This document shows, one piece after another, positions 13,328-25,730 of a stretch of 64,000 nt of DNA (its first letter is position 1; each line of letters begins with the position of its first letter). This DNA comes from Callorhinchus milii. Lineage: Eukaryota. The translations under genes were made by a program, and so were the position numbers. Location of the stretch: NCBI RefSeq assembly GCF_018977255.1, contig NW_024704743.1, forward strand, positions 110,672,001 to 110,736,000, given 5' to 3'. The notes under the pieces are model-generated. The model searched no databases. It was not told the origin of the DNA and worked only from the letters and a program-made list of their open reading frames with translations.

Positions 13328-13394
13328 CTTGGTGGGAATGTTAGAAATCTAAAGTGGGTGGGTTGGGGGGAAGGTAAGCAGAGTCTCCTTAGAG

Positions 13395-13911
13395 CTGGGC
13401 AACAGAATATTGGAATCAGGTCAACTCTCTGTGATGGTCTCAGTATCGTTCCTGAGCCAGACAGGTCCACAGTATCAAATGACAATACTCTTGCCAGCCT
13501 GGGTCATCAGCAGACTTGGAGGGGGCAGAATAGTCATTATGAGCAGAAATTCTTCCCACCCAGCTCCTGTTCTTCCTGAAAAACAGTGCCTTAATGAATA
13601 GGATGGTCCTGGCTGCACAAGCAGCAGGAAAGGTTGGCAGACAGTTTTTTCAATGACAAGCTATGCGGTTTCAGCTGGTTGAACTCCAGCAGTACCCCAA
13701 CGCACACCCTGTGGACCACAAGCCTTTGCTTGTAGCCAGGCTGCACTTAATACGAAAGTGAGCAGAGTATGCCTCTCCAGGGAGAGAGTGTGTGCATTCC
13801 ATTCACAGGGAAATGTCCATGTGTGTTCATAAAGCTCCGTGTGGTTTCAATACTTCTAAGTATATTAATGGATTTCCACATGTGCTACTCACTCAACTGA
13901 CCCCCCAAAAA
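13395..13911 (+). repeat. Family X repeat, diverged copy
   Basis: Colinear with the reverse complement of 27905-28443; ends ctgaccccccaaaaa. Confidence 0.8.
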
Positions 13912-14700
13912 TGTTTTACACTAGCAACACCTATAATATACTGAAAAGCTGTGGAAATAACTGTGGAAATAATCATCTGTAGGCTGTGTGTGTGGGGGTA
14001 GGTGGGGGGAGTGGGGGGAGTTGGAGGCAATATCTAGAAGGTGGGAATACTTACTTTAACTTTATAAGGAAATGTCCTTGGAGATTTTGAGAATGCTGTG
14101 TGCACATTGAAAATTGTGTTCCAATTCTAAACTGTGATAACACAAGATGGTTAGACACGTTAGATTGCACTGCGCCTCCAGTGCCATAAACATAACTATT
14201 GACTTTATTGTGTAATGTTCCCGTAATCTTGCAAATCTAATATGAATACATACTGTGCATACAATGCATTTGGGCATGGGAAGTAAAATTTAAAACAGTA
14301 CTGTAAAATCCTTTCCTTGAAGAGGTTCAAAATTAAACCTGGATTTCTGGCAGATGAGAATGCATGTTAAAATAAACATACTAATCCTTGCATTTGTTTA
14401 TAGTGCCTTTCACGTCTGGAGGATGTTTTAAAGCGCTTTGCAGGATTTATTGTAAAGTGGTGTGACTGTGTATTTTAGTGGGCGATTCAGCAGCCAATTT
14501 GTATGCAGCAGTGTTCCACAAACAGCCATGAAATGAACGACCAGTTTTATTTTTCCCACATTGCTTTTCCCTTATGCTGATGATGAGCTTTGTCTGACAC
14601 CTCTCAGGGATGAGTTCTAGACTCCTTTCACTAATAACGACTGGCTTCTATCTTGTCACGCTTTTTCAGAGAAATGGTGATTTCTTCTCTCTTGCTCATA

Positions 14701-15067
14701 GTGGAGTGCTGTGGTGTATTGGAGCGCTCGCCTCACAAGCGAGAAGACCCGGGTTCGATTCCCGGGCAAGGTGAAAAGTTAGGCAAGTTTCATTACTGCG
14801 CACGCCTCTGTTTACCTAGTAGTAAGTAGAAACCCAGTTGTTTGTCAATTGGTGGATTGCTTTCTGGGAGCAATAATCCCTTCAAAAATGAATAATAATT
14901 TGGTCGCTCAATCCACGACTGATTGTGGGACACTGCTGTGCGCAATTGGCCTCTGCGTTTCGCCCACAAAATATACAGTCGACTTGCTTTACAGTATATT
15001 CTGTGAAGAGCTCGGAGATATCGCAATGATGTGAGGAGGTGTTATATCAAATGCAAGGATTATTATT
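14701..15067 (+). mobile_element. Full-length tRNA-SINE (long, older subfamily)
   Basis: Same head and tail plus the central block ctgtttacctagtagtaagtagaaacccagttgt. Confidence 0.92.
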
Positions 15068-15404
15068 GTCAATGGTTTTGTTTCTAACCTCATTCATAAG
15101 CATTCTGTGGCCTGACATGTTTCTGCACACCCTTCCTCCACAATACCAAACCATCACACATCTAGGTCCACATTTGCGTAACCACAAACCAGTTGACTAT
15201 GTTCCACCACCAAAGGTGACATAAAATTAGTAGCCATTTCAGAGCATGTGGGTTACAAATTTGCAAACCCTTCTCAATAGCTGCTGAGACAGATGAGCAG
15301 TTAGAAGCATAACTACATTGGGACTTTAATAGTGTTACCTGAAAATGTGTGCTACTGATTAATTGGCCATGCAGTCTAATTCCATTGATGCTTGGAAACT
15401 AATA

Positions 15405-15682
15405 GTAATTCTTGCATTTGATATAGGGGCTTTTACATTGGGAGGACGTCTCAAAGCTCTTCACAAGATTTTACTGTGGTAGACTGTATTTTGTAGGCGA
15501 ACACGATAATGGGATTTATAACATCCACCTATAGGAACTCAGTTTAACGCCTCATCCAAAGGATTCACCTCTGTCAATGCAGCATTTCTCCTAGCAATGT
15601 ATTGGAGGGATAATCCTGACTGTTGAGTTCAAAATTCTGACTTCTGACTGAGGCGAGTGCTACCAACTGAATCAGGCTGATA
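15405..15682 (-). mobile_element. Old Deu-domain SINE (internally deleted)
   Basis: L2-type tail at 15405-15470; antisense head ctgactgaggcgagtgctaccaactgaatcaggctgat. Confidence 0.75.
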
Positions 15683-16191
15683 TCATCTGAGGAATGACAT
15701 TCATGTGTTCTGTGCCATGAAAGTAATATTTTGTTGGCATTATTATGTGCCTGACTCTGGAAAATCACATATTTGGAACACAGATCTGAGTTGCTGTGGT
15801 TGTTTGGAATTGATAATTTGGGTTTGGGGCAGTAATTAGGAAGCTTGCTTACAATCTCCGGTTGTAAGAACTGTTGGCATATAGAATTATAAAATTGTAC
15901 AATTGTCGCACTTGGATATAAAGGTGGTGGATTTAATTAAACAATTTCCTGTGTTTCTCACCAAGATGCCAAGAATTCTCACTTGATTCCCTGCATGGAT
16001 TCCCCCTCCCACTTGTTCCAGGCCTACCAATCACAAGTGAGCTGAAAAGAAATATTAATAAGTGACTATGCTTTTGGCTGGCTGGCAGTTACTTTATCTT
16101 CTGCTCAGCCAACTACTTGCCCCAACTTGCTGTCCCAGCTAATAGTGGCTTTGCATCCTCCTCGGGTATCCTGCCATTGTATATTAACTCA

Positions 16192-16560
16192 TGTCAGCTT
16201 GGCTCAGTTGGTAGTGCTCTCATCTTTGAGTCAGAAGGTTGTCGGGACATTATACTGGCACTCCAGTGCAGTGCTAGGAGGATTGCTGCATTGTTAGAGG
16301 TGCCGTTCTTTGGTTTAGATGTTAAACTGAGGTTCCATCTGTTCAGGTGTGTGTTTTAATCCCACAGCACTGCTCATAAAGAGATGTCCTGGCCAACAAC
16401 AAAATTCATCATTCATTTCATGGCTGTTGTAGGACATTGCTAGGTGCATATTTGACAGCCACAATGTACACAGCCAGCACACTTAATAGTAAAATCCTCT
16501 GAGGCTGTTTGAGACATCTCATCGCTGAGATAAGGTACTATATGAAATGCAAGAATTATT
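16192..16560 (+). mobile_element. Old Deu-domain SINE
   Basis: Head tgtcagcttggctcagttggtagtgctctc..gagtcagaaggttgt, Deu body, tail tgaaatgcaagaattatt. Confidence 0.8.
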
Positions 16561-17602
16561 ATATTTAGCTGCTGAGACAGCATGAGGGAACATGAAATTG
16601 TCATGGGGTAGGTCAGGAAGGTGAGAGGAACTGGTTCTGTATTGTTCTCTTTATGTTTTTGCCTGACTGCTAGTCGGTCCATACTCAGCTGCTTTTGTTT
16701 GTGAGCAACTCAATGTTGCTATAACTGGAAATCTGCACGTTTCCAATTTGAGCAGTAGCCTAACCACTTTGAGTTCCTGTGGTTAAAGTGCAGCTGGGAA
16801 TATACGATATAGAGTTTAATACAGCAGTTTTGTGTGCAGCACGGTTTGCAGTTATTCACCACATCAACATGCCAGTTAAAACGAGCAAAATGTCTTTTAA
16901 AAAATTATCGCAATCACTACTGTTTTTCATTTTGTTTCCCAAGTTCGTATGCCAAGCCAGGCTTGTTAAGCGCCTTGGGACGTATCCCAATGTGAACGGC
17001 GCTATACACATGTAAATTTGTATTGCACTTGTTAATAACAGTGAGAAACTGATGGCATTGTTGAGGGGATTTCTTTAACTATAAGAGGGAGACTAATTTG
17101 CATTCGTAGATAACAGCCAGTTTTTTCAGGAATCTTATTTTAAATGCATGAGTTAATTTAACTTTCTTATCAGGCTCAGTGACTCCTTCAGTAAGGTATT
17201 TCTGCCATGTTGCCAGTATTCACAAAAAACAATTTTGTGTTGTAAAATGAAAGTTGGTGAACATCTTTATTTTTTTGCAAGTAACGTGCTACAAAGCTAC
17301 AACTAAAGCTGGCAAAAAAAATATTTGCAAGGTGTGCCAAAATGTCCTAGAATGACACAACCTCCAATTTTATTTCACCACTTTTTCACTGGTAGAAATA
17401 CTTCACTTCGATACATACCTAACTTATATTTTGCAGCAGTGTAATGGATTGAGAAGGAACTGGACTCATTTTATAGCAATTACAATGCAAAGTTACATTT
17501 GTATGGTGCCTTTCACGTCGGGAGGACATCCCAAGGCGCTGGACAGTCAGGGAATTGGACCCGAGCTGGAGATTGGGAAAGGTACATTTTACAGATCAAC
17601 CT

Positions 17603-17705
17603 GGATCTGAGAGAAAAATATACGTTTTGGGTGTGTCCTTTAATTGTGTGGTCACACCCAAAATGTTAGTTTGATTTCTCTTTCAGATCCTGCTTGACGC
17701 TGAAA
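17603..17705. repeat. Imperfect fold-back, possibly a Penelope-like terminal remnant
   Basis: ggatctgagagaaa..acgttttgggtgtgtcc / ggtcacacccaaaatgt..tttctctttcagatcc. The inverted arms are seen directly; the Penelope assignment is from memory of shark repeats. Confidence 0.5.
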
Positions 17706-17966
17706 CCTGTAAGTTGGGTCACAGTTGGCATAATCAGCATGTGAACAATTGAAGTTTAGAGTTCAGTTTGATTCCTCCCCCCCCATCCCTCCCCCCAGGG
17801 TGCCTGGAGAGCTGGAAAATCAGTTGATATTGAAGTCTCCTGACCTCTCGTAGTCAGCATTGGAGATCAAACTGAATACCACGTGAAGCAGCTTTCTAAT
17901 ATGCACTGAGTGTGTCCCTGCTGACTTTCAGATTCAAGCAATGAATCTTCAATAGAGATACATACA

Positions 17967-18346
17967 GTAGAACCTGTAGCGTATTGGTTAGAGCAATTGC
18001 CTTGCAAACGAGAGGACATGGATTTGATTCCCGGGCGGGGCAAAACATTAACCAAGTTTCATTGCTCCACACGCCTCTGTTTACCTGGCAGTAAGTAGGA
18101 TCCCGGTTGTTAGTCAATTGGCAGAATGCTTTTCCTGGGTAATAATACTTTTTTTAAAAAAAATTGATCACTCAATCCACAACTGTTTGTAGGACACTCC
18201 TGTGCATGATTGGCTGACACGTTTCACCCACAAGTTAAACAGTTAATTGTTAATTTGTTGTACAGTTTATTCTGTGAAGCACTTTAAGACATCTCGTCGA
18301 CATGATTAGGTGCTGTACCAAATGCAAAGATTATTTTTATTATTAT
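17967..18346 (+). mobile_element. Full-length tRNA-SINE (long subfamily)
   Basis: Diverged head, central block, tail. Confidence 0.9.
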
Positions 18347-18619
18347 TTACAAAACAGAAGCACGATACTTTCAGATTCACCAAAAGGGAACAGGCTCAGG
18401 CATTGCAAAGAGCAATTTAAGGATTGAAAGTTTTTAAGAATCACAGCTATGTTGGTTACTATGGTTTTTCTGTGAACTGTGTGTGTGTAAAAAAAAAGGC
18501 GTGGAATGTGGGTTTAACAAATTTTTTGGCTTTCTGCAAATGTTCTGAAAAAAGGACAAAAATTGCTTTTTTTGCATTTCAACAGGAAACTGTGAAACTG
18601 TAAAATGGTCAGGAACATG

Positions 18620-18915
18620 ACTCAAAGTGCATCACAGGATTTACTGTCAAGTTTATCTGAGGGATTGTTGGCCAAGACACAGCGGGAGGGGAATCTTCCT
18701 TCCCTCTTTGAGTAGTGCCATGGAATCTTTAACATCCTGATGGGGCCTTAGTTTAATGTTTCATCAAAGGACAGCAGCTCTGGCAATACATCCCACCCCT
18801 AATACTGTGGTGAATGTCAGCCTAGGCTGTGTGAGTTCAAAGTCACCAAGTGGGGTATGAACACACAACCTCTGACTCAGAGGTTAGAGTGCTACCAACA
18901 GAGCTAGGTTGACAC
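18620..18915 (-). mobile_element. Old Deu-domain SINE
   Basis: Antisense Deu body (tgccatggaatctttaacatc, gtttaatgtttcatc) and head (ctgactcagaggttagagtgctaccaac). Confidence 0.8.
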
Positions 18916-19016
18916 ACATAGTCCAGGTGTCTTGCAGAGTAACATCTGAACTTCACCCCAAACATCAGTTCATTCACTCAGATCTTAATCCTTGTGTTAA
19001 AGGGGTTAAAGGTCTT

Positions 19017-19082
19017 GTTAAAGAATAACCTCAAAAAGAACTAAGTTCTGTTCAAGAATAACCTCAAAGAGAACTAAGTTCT
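19017..19082. repeat. Tandem duplication of a 33-bp unit
   Basis: gttaaagaataacctcaaaaagaactaagttct / gttcaagaataacctcaaagagaactaagttct (2 mismatches). Confidence 0.95.
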
Positions 19083-20279
19083 CTTTTCCTCTTTGTTTTC
19101 ATAACTTGCAAATCCAGCTGGAAAACCATTTACCTGAAAATAACTACAGTCTACAATAATTAAAACTATTACAGAATGGGCTGTACTGTACCAACCTAGT
19201 ATTGGCTGACTTGTTGACAAGTGCAACTGAGAGTGCTGCACCACTAAGGAACAATTGTGTGTCAGCCTGGCTCAGTTGGTAGCATTCTCAGCTCAAGCAG
19301 AAAGCTGTGGGTTCTAGTTCATCTGGAAGTAATATTTCAGATCAACGTGTATATCCTCTTTGAGAGTACAGTAACTTGGGGTTTTGGTCATTTGGAGGAA
19401 AAATACAGATCCGTTCAAAGCACATTTTGTGTTCTTGCTAAACAGTGAACCGTGATCAGTAAATTTGGAAATTGAAGCAACCCAGTGTTTGCTTTTTTTT
19501 CAGGTTCGACGCTCTTCAGATATTTGTGGTGAGAAGGGGGTGGGGGGTGGGGTTGGTGGTAGTGAGTCCAGGGTCCAGTACAGCTGCAGGACTCTCCTAT
19601 TCCTCAGAGCACCTGTACGTTGCCTGCAGTGTTCGAGATTGCTGTGAAGAATGTGTATTGAGAGGATTAATTGTATTGATGGACTCTTGGGGTCTCGTTA
19701 AAGAATAACCTCAAGGATCTAGTCCCTGTGAAAGTCTTTTCATCTAGTCTCAAATGGCCACCAATCATTCCGCTCTGGGAGGGGATGGGGGGGAGGAAGT
19801 AAGAGTATTGAATTTGGTATTCTTCTGTCGGCAAGGATTTAACTCTCCCCCACTCAGTGGTGATTTGTTTTAATTAGCCTCCAGCATTAATCTCAGGAGA
19901 TGCACCCTAATGTTCACAAGATTAGTTGCACTCCCAAATAGATGTTACAAGGGGAATGCTGAGATACCATACATGTTTCTTACAAACTATTGACACCACA
20001 TATTTAGAAAATTAAGAACTGATGTTTTTCAGGTATGCAAACAATTTCACCCTTGTCAAGTGATTGTCTTGGTGAAGGTTTAGGGCGTGTTGGTTTGTTG
20101 GAGAGCAAATCAGTGTGCCCTTCCTTTGGGCAGGAAGATAGTGTCAATGCTCTCATGCATTTCATGCTGAGCTGTACTGCTCAGTTCCTCTTACTTGCCA
20201 TCCATCTAGTGAAGGGCTCAAACCTCTGCTTGTTGCATGTCAGATGACCAAATAGTGACTATTCTGCTTTGAGCTGAGC

Positions 20280-20507
20280 TGGCTTCAAGGTGACGTGCTT
20301 GCTAATGGAATATCAGAATCGAACAATCCTCTGTGACGATCTTGGTTGTCCGCTTCTCGAGTTAGGCATGTCCACAGTATTCCAGGGCACTGCTGATGAT
20401 AGAGCAGCCTGGCTTATTGGTAGGACTTGAAGGGTCAGATCAGTCACTTGGAAAAGGGATTCTTCCCGTTCAGCTCCTGTTAACCCTGCAAGCCTAATGG
20501 GTAGGGT
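20280..20507 (+). repeat. Family X repeat, 5' part
   Basis: tggcttcaaggtg..gaatc..ccagggcactgctgatga..gggattcttccc..ctcctgttaaccctgcaagcc aligns with the reverse complement of 28215-28443. Confidence 0.8.
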
Positions 20508-21370
20508 AGAAATTCTTGAATTCGAAAACGCAGCATGAATGGTACAAACACCACACAAAGCACTTCAGGACATAAAGTGCATCTACTGCAAGAAAATCTT
20601 GTGAATGTCAATTCGACCTGCAAAAATTCTTCTCCATCCTGAGATTGCCTTGCACGAGAATTTCTTTTGGCATTCAAGTCTTTAATATTTTTATCCCAGG
20701 AGGTCGAGGGTGAGGTGATGCTAGTGAGGGGTCAATTGTGCAATGCTGTGAAAAGAGAGGACAATCATTTTCATAGAGCCCTACTAATCATGGCAAAATC
20801 TCAAAGCATTTTCCAGAAATTATCAAGCCAGGTGTGTTTTTTTATGTGTGTGGCTGCCTCATTTGCCTAGAAAATACACAGTTGCTGCCCTTTACAGTAA
20901 TTCCCATAAATCATTCAGAGACACCCTTTCCATGGGAAACTAAGGCGCTACATCAAATGTAAGGATTATTTATTATTATTGATTTTGCGCACAGCAAAGT
21001 TCTGCACACAGCCATGAGCTAATAAGCTGTTTAGAGGATTATTGGCCAGGGCATCAGGACATAATTTACTTTCCTTTTGAAATATCATGAACTGACTCCA
21101 AGGAGACACCTTTTATCACCCTATCCCCAGCCCCCCACCAGGATAATAGTCACTAGTAATCATAATTGATGCTTAATATTACGGGGCATGTTCATCAGCT
21201 GATTGCAAAAGGGAAATATAAATTCAAATAGTATGGCTGTCAATTACACAGTATTTTACTGGCTAACTTAGGTTTACTATTAGTTTTATAATGGAAGAAT
21301 AGGGATTGCTTTAGTAGTAGTATGGATTATTTATTATTTGGTGCTCAGTGATGATTGATTTGATTAACCA

Positions 21371-21731
21371 TGGAATCCTGTATCTTAGTGGTCAGAGCAC
21401 TCGCCTCTCAAGCAAGAAGACCTGGATTCAATTGTTGGCAGGGCGAAACCTTAGGGAAGTTTCTTACTCCACACGCCTCTGTTTACATAGCACTAAGTAG
21501 AAACTCAGTTGTTAGTCAATTGGCAGATTGCTTTTCTATGGTAATAATCCATCCAAAGATAACAATAATAACAATAGTAGTGTGGTCACTCAATCCATGA
21601 CTGTTTGTGGGACACTGCTGTGCACAAATGGCTGCTGTGTGTCGCTCACAATATAGTGTATTCTGTGAAGCGCTTTGAGACGTCTCAAAGACTTGATGAG
21701 GCGCTATAGCAAATGCAAGGATTATTATTAT
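21371..21731 (+). mobile_element. tRNA-SINE (long subfamily)
   Basis: Head, central block and tail present. Confidence 0.9.
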
Positions 21732-24049
21732 GACCACTACAGGCACTGCCGATCAATATTGATCATGATCAGAAAATGTTCAGATTTGTGTTGCTTATTG
21801 TCAAAGGCAACTTGCACCACGCCTCCTTTATGTTATTTTAATCCAGCCAACTATCACTTTAAAAACTTGTCTGCCTCTCTGTCCCCAATCAAACACCGTA
21901 ATGATTCAAACATGATTCTTCAGAAGCTGCTTCAATTTCCCACTCAATTCTATTTCCCTCTAATGTAATATTGTTACTCATGCTTATGATTGGGACAGGT
22001 TGCAAGAAAAAATAAGATTATTTTTGTATGTGCTACATTCACTGCTGGCACCTTTTAAAAAGGAGCAGAGATAGATTTCCCATTCCTGGTGTGATTGTAA
22101 ACATTGATTCTCGACGGATTTGTGTTTTATCAATACAAAAATAACTTTGAAACTTCAGTGGCACATCGCTGTGCGTGCTGAAATCCAATTGCTGCTGTTG
22201 CTCAATATATTACACTGAGATGGCTTCAGACATGTGGTAGTAACTGATAGTTTCCATTCCAATATCAATTTATTCCACATATCTTTCATCTGAGTTGCTG
22301 ATCTACATAAAGCGTGAAGCTATTCATGATAATGTCACTTGCCAAAACCAGCTAGCTATTGAAATCCATCTCTTCTAACAAAAAAAGTCTTCCTATGTTG
22401 CTAATGTCATGCTTATCACAGAGGCCACAGCATCGAGAATATAGTTTTGGCTTTTTTTTTTGCATAGCTTTGTACTTTTGAAGCGGATAATGTGAATGAC
22501 AGAAATGACACTCCCAATTTAGATGCCCATTCAGCACTGTGGAGTGCTTTGAGATGTCCTGCCCAACGTGAAAGGCACTATACAAATGTAAATTGTACTG
22601 TTGTAATAATCTTTGCCAAGTTGCCTTTTTCACAGTGTCTAAGCACAATACACTGTAAGTGGCATTAACTTGTATACTGTATACGATAATCTGTACACAA
22701 CAGAATATTGTTAAACGGTTTCCAGGAAACATTGTAACTACTGCACAATGAATGCACAATGTGGTCTCACTGGATGAAACTCAAACTCAAACTTCAACTC
22801 AAACCTTCCCCACCCCTCCCCCTCCATTTTTTTGCAGTTAGCATTTACTTTAATCGGACACGGGCAAATAAAATAATATTACAACTTGCCTGCTCTGTGT
22901 GCAAAATGACAATAAAAATAGTCCCTACTGTACAGTTCTTTGAGGTTTTAAAGAAAAACTCTAACAATACAGGTTCCTTCTATCTAATAATGTAAAGCAC
23001 CTTTGTTTTCACACCAGTCAGTTGGCAAGCTCCACGCTGCAGAATTATCTTGTAATAAAATTACATTGGATTTTGTTTAATTGCCAATTGTTATTGAAAT
23101 GGTATTTTCATGTATTAACAATCACAATACAAGTCCTGTTCTCAGGTACCCTTATAATTATGAGCATTGATCTGGTCGTAATATTGTGGCAGTTGTAGGA
23201 ATAATGACATGCCCGAGTGTTGTGTATTCTGCTTCCTTGCTCACCAAGCATTACTGAGCTCTCATATTGTGGTGCTTTTGTGCTGTGCTTTCCTTCAAAT
23301 TGATTTTCAGTTCATTAGAACTATTGTATGTCTGAAGGAGATATCTTCTTTAAGTACATTAAGCGCTTTGAGACATCCTCCCGACGTGGTAAGGTGCTAT
23401 ATACATATAAATTGTATAGTGATTGTATTACAGCCTCATTGTTTCAAGCGCACCAGGCTGTTTTATTGCAAAACCTACGATTTTTGGGGGGATTGAGTAG
23501 AACCTGGGCAGGAATTGGAAACAATGAGTTGTGAACGTTCACTTTATGTTTTAAAAAAACTTGTATTTCCACATGAAAGTAATGTGGATTTGCTGCATAC
23601 CATTAAGCCTTAGATAATTGGGGTGTGAATGTGCATGACGTGTGTGTGTGTGTGTGTGAGTGTGTGTGTATGAGCTCTTGAAAATTTAATCAGTCTGATG
23701 CATTAAATCAAAGAAATCCATCATACAGGATGACAATTGCAACTGCTTTGCAACCCAGTCTCAGCAATAAGAACTGCCCTCCACGCAGACCTGTAGAAAT
23801 ATATTTGAGTTTCTGTTACCATTAAGGCTGGCTTACCTGGAAATTGGGAAAAGCAATATTAGATGCCAGAACCACACATCAAATGGCGCAATCCTCGAGC
23901 ACTGTCTCAGCGACCACAGTGGTTGTAGTGATCGCTGATCAAGAAGTACAAATGTAGAATTGTTATTGAATCGATTCTTGTGGAAGAGGAGGCAATTAGT
24001 TGTTCAAGTGGCGTTTTTACACTGAGGCGTACATGCCTTTGTCATTTTC

Positions 24050-24600
24050 TGACGGGTCTATTCCAATGCCTTCCTCGCTGGTCTCCCCAGCTCCACCATA
24101 CACAAAATTCAATTAATCCAAAACTCTGCCGCTCGGATACTTGACCGCACAAAACTCCCTACCCCCATGACACCAGTCCTTGCCACTGGCTCCCAATTAC
24201 TGAATGGATCAATTTCATGATCCTCTCACTCGTTTTCCGTCAGTCCCTTGCAACTCCCTACCTTTCTAACCTGCTTACCTCCCCTCCCCCCCACTCCACT
24301 ACCTACTGCCTCCACTTGGCCAGCTCCAGCCTCCTGTTTGTCCCTCATCCCCTCCTCTCCACCATCAGTCGCCGTGCCTTCAACCACTATGCCCCGAAAC
24401 TCTGGAACGCTCTCCTTCAATCCGTAAACCTTGCCTCCTCTCTCCTTCCCCATCTTCAAATCCCACCTAAAGACCTTCCTTTTTCATTGTGCTTACGTTC
24501 CCTCCCTCTCCCCCTGACTCGGTGTCAGACTCCATACTGTCAAACTCTCTGGGTCACTACCCCGCGTGAAGGATGCTATATAAATGCAAGTTGTTGTTGT
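24050..24600 (+). mobile_element. L2 LINE 3' fragment
   Basis: Degenerate L2 ORF2 end (SNA.LAGLP..KIQLIQNSAARIL..TPVL..HWLP..AF.HYAPKLWNAL) and tail gctatataaatgcaag(ttg)n. Confidence 0.9.
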
Positions 24601-25309
24601 AATGCCATCATCTGGGTCAAAGATCTCAGAGGACGCGTTATAAGCGAAATACGATTAAAGTGTCTGATTTCTGGGTTGTCAGCTTCCTGTTGATTTAATT
24701 TCCTGTATGTTCATCAGCGCCTTGGGACGTCCTCCCGACATGAAAGGCGCTATACAAAAGTAAGCTTCTTGTTGTTGTAGGTGGGAAGTGCTGATAATAT
24801 TCCTTCCTGTGCCGTGCACTGTGTGTAAGACTTGCTGCTGAAGTCACTTCCTTTGTGCATGGCACCCAAGAACTGATACTACCAGCGAATATGTACACAA
24901 ATCTCAGGAAGTAACATCAGCAGCGACCTGACAACTTGAAAGTTTTTTTTAGTGCTTGAAGCCGATTAGTCAGGACAGGAACCCGGGTGCATCAGACTTC
25001 CAATTAGCCTGATCCGCAGGACACCCATGTTATAAGAGAAGATGAACCAAAACAGGAGATATAATAACTGGTTTGTCCTGTAAGGCACATTAAGTGTAAT
25101 TTAACTCCTTTGAATGGAATTAATACTAAAAGTAAAACCCTCTGCTTTCTAAAGTTGTTAAAGAGACTCTCGTAACACCAGCTATTCCATTACATAGAAA
25201 AAGCTAACCAGCATTAGACGTTTGTTAGCAGAGCTCTCTGTGTGATCTTAATTATGCAAACACAGCTACACTCAGCCGCTGGTCAGTGTGATTTCACAGC
25301 AATAATCGT

Positions 25310-25730
25310 ATAATAATCCTTGCATATGATATAGCACCTCATCAAATTGTCAAGGCTCTCAAAGCGCTTCACAGGGTGTACTGTAAGGTTAAGAGACTGT
25401 GTATTTTGTAGCTGAACACAGCAGCCAATTTGTGCCAGCAGTAACCCACAAACAGCCAAAAAATGAATGCTCAATGTTATCTGGAAGATTGTTGGCCAGG
25501 ACACTGAGAGAAATTGCCTTCTCTTTTCAAGTGGTCTCATGAGATCTTTAACGCCCACCTGAACAGGCAGGACCTCAGTTTAACGTTTCATCCAAAGAAT
25601 GACATGTCTGATGATAGAATTCTCTCATTATACTGCACTGCAGTGTCAGTTCACGTCCCATCGTGGAGCTTGAGCCCACAATCTGCTGACACCGAGGCGA
25701 GAGTCCTACCGACTGAGCAAAGCTGATACC
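25310..25730 (-). mobile_element. Near-complete old Deu-domain SINE
   Basis: Tail, Deu body (ttggccaggacactgagagaa, ctcagtttaacgtttcatcc) and tRNA-like head on the minus strand. Confidence 0.85.

Noticed and set aside
19017..19082. CRISPR-like repeat with an internal palindrome
   Set aside because: Two adjacent units with no spacers, no cas genes and a vertebrate context.
19504..19528. Possible micro-exon (tttttttcag|..gtg|gtgaga); other isolated splice-like sites at 3666 and 34399
   Set aside because: Such signals are frequent by chance and lack supporting context.
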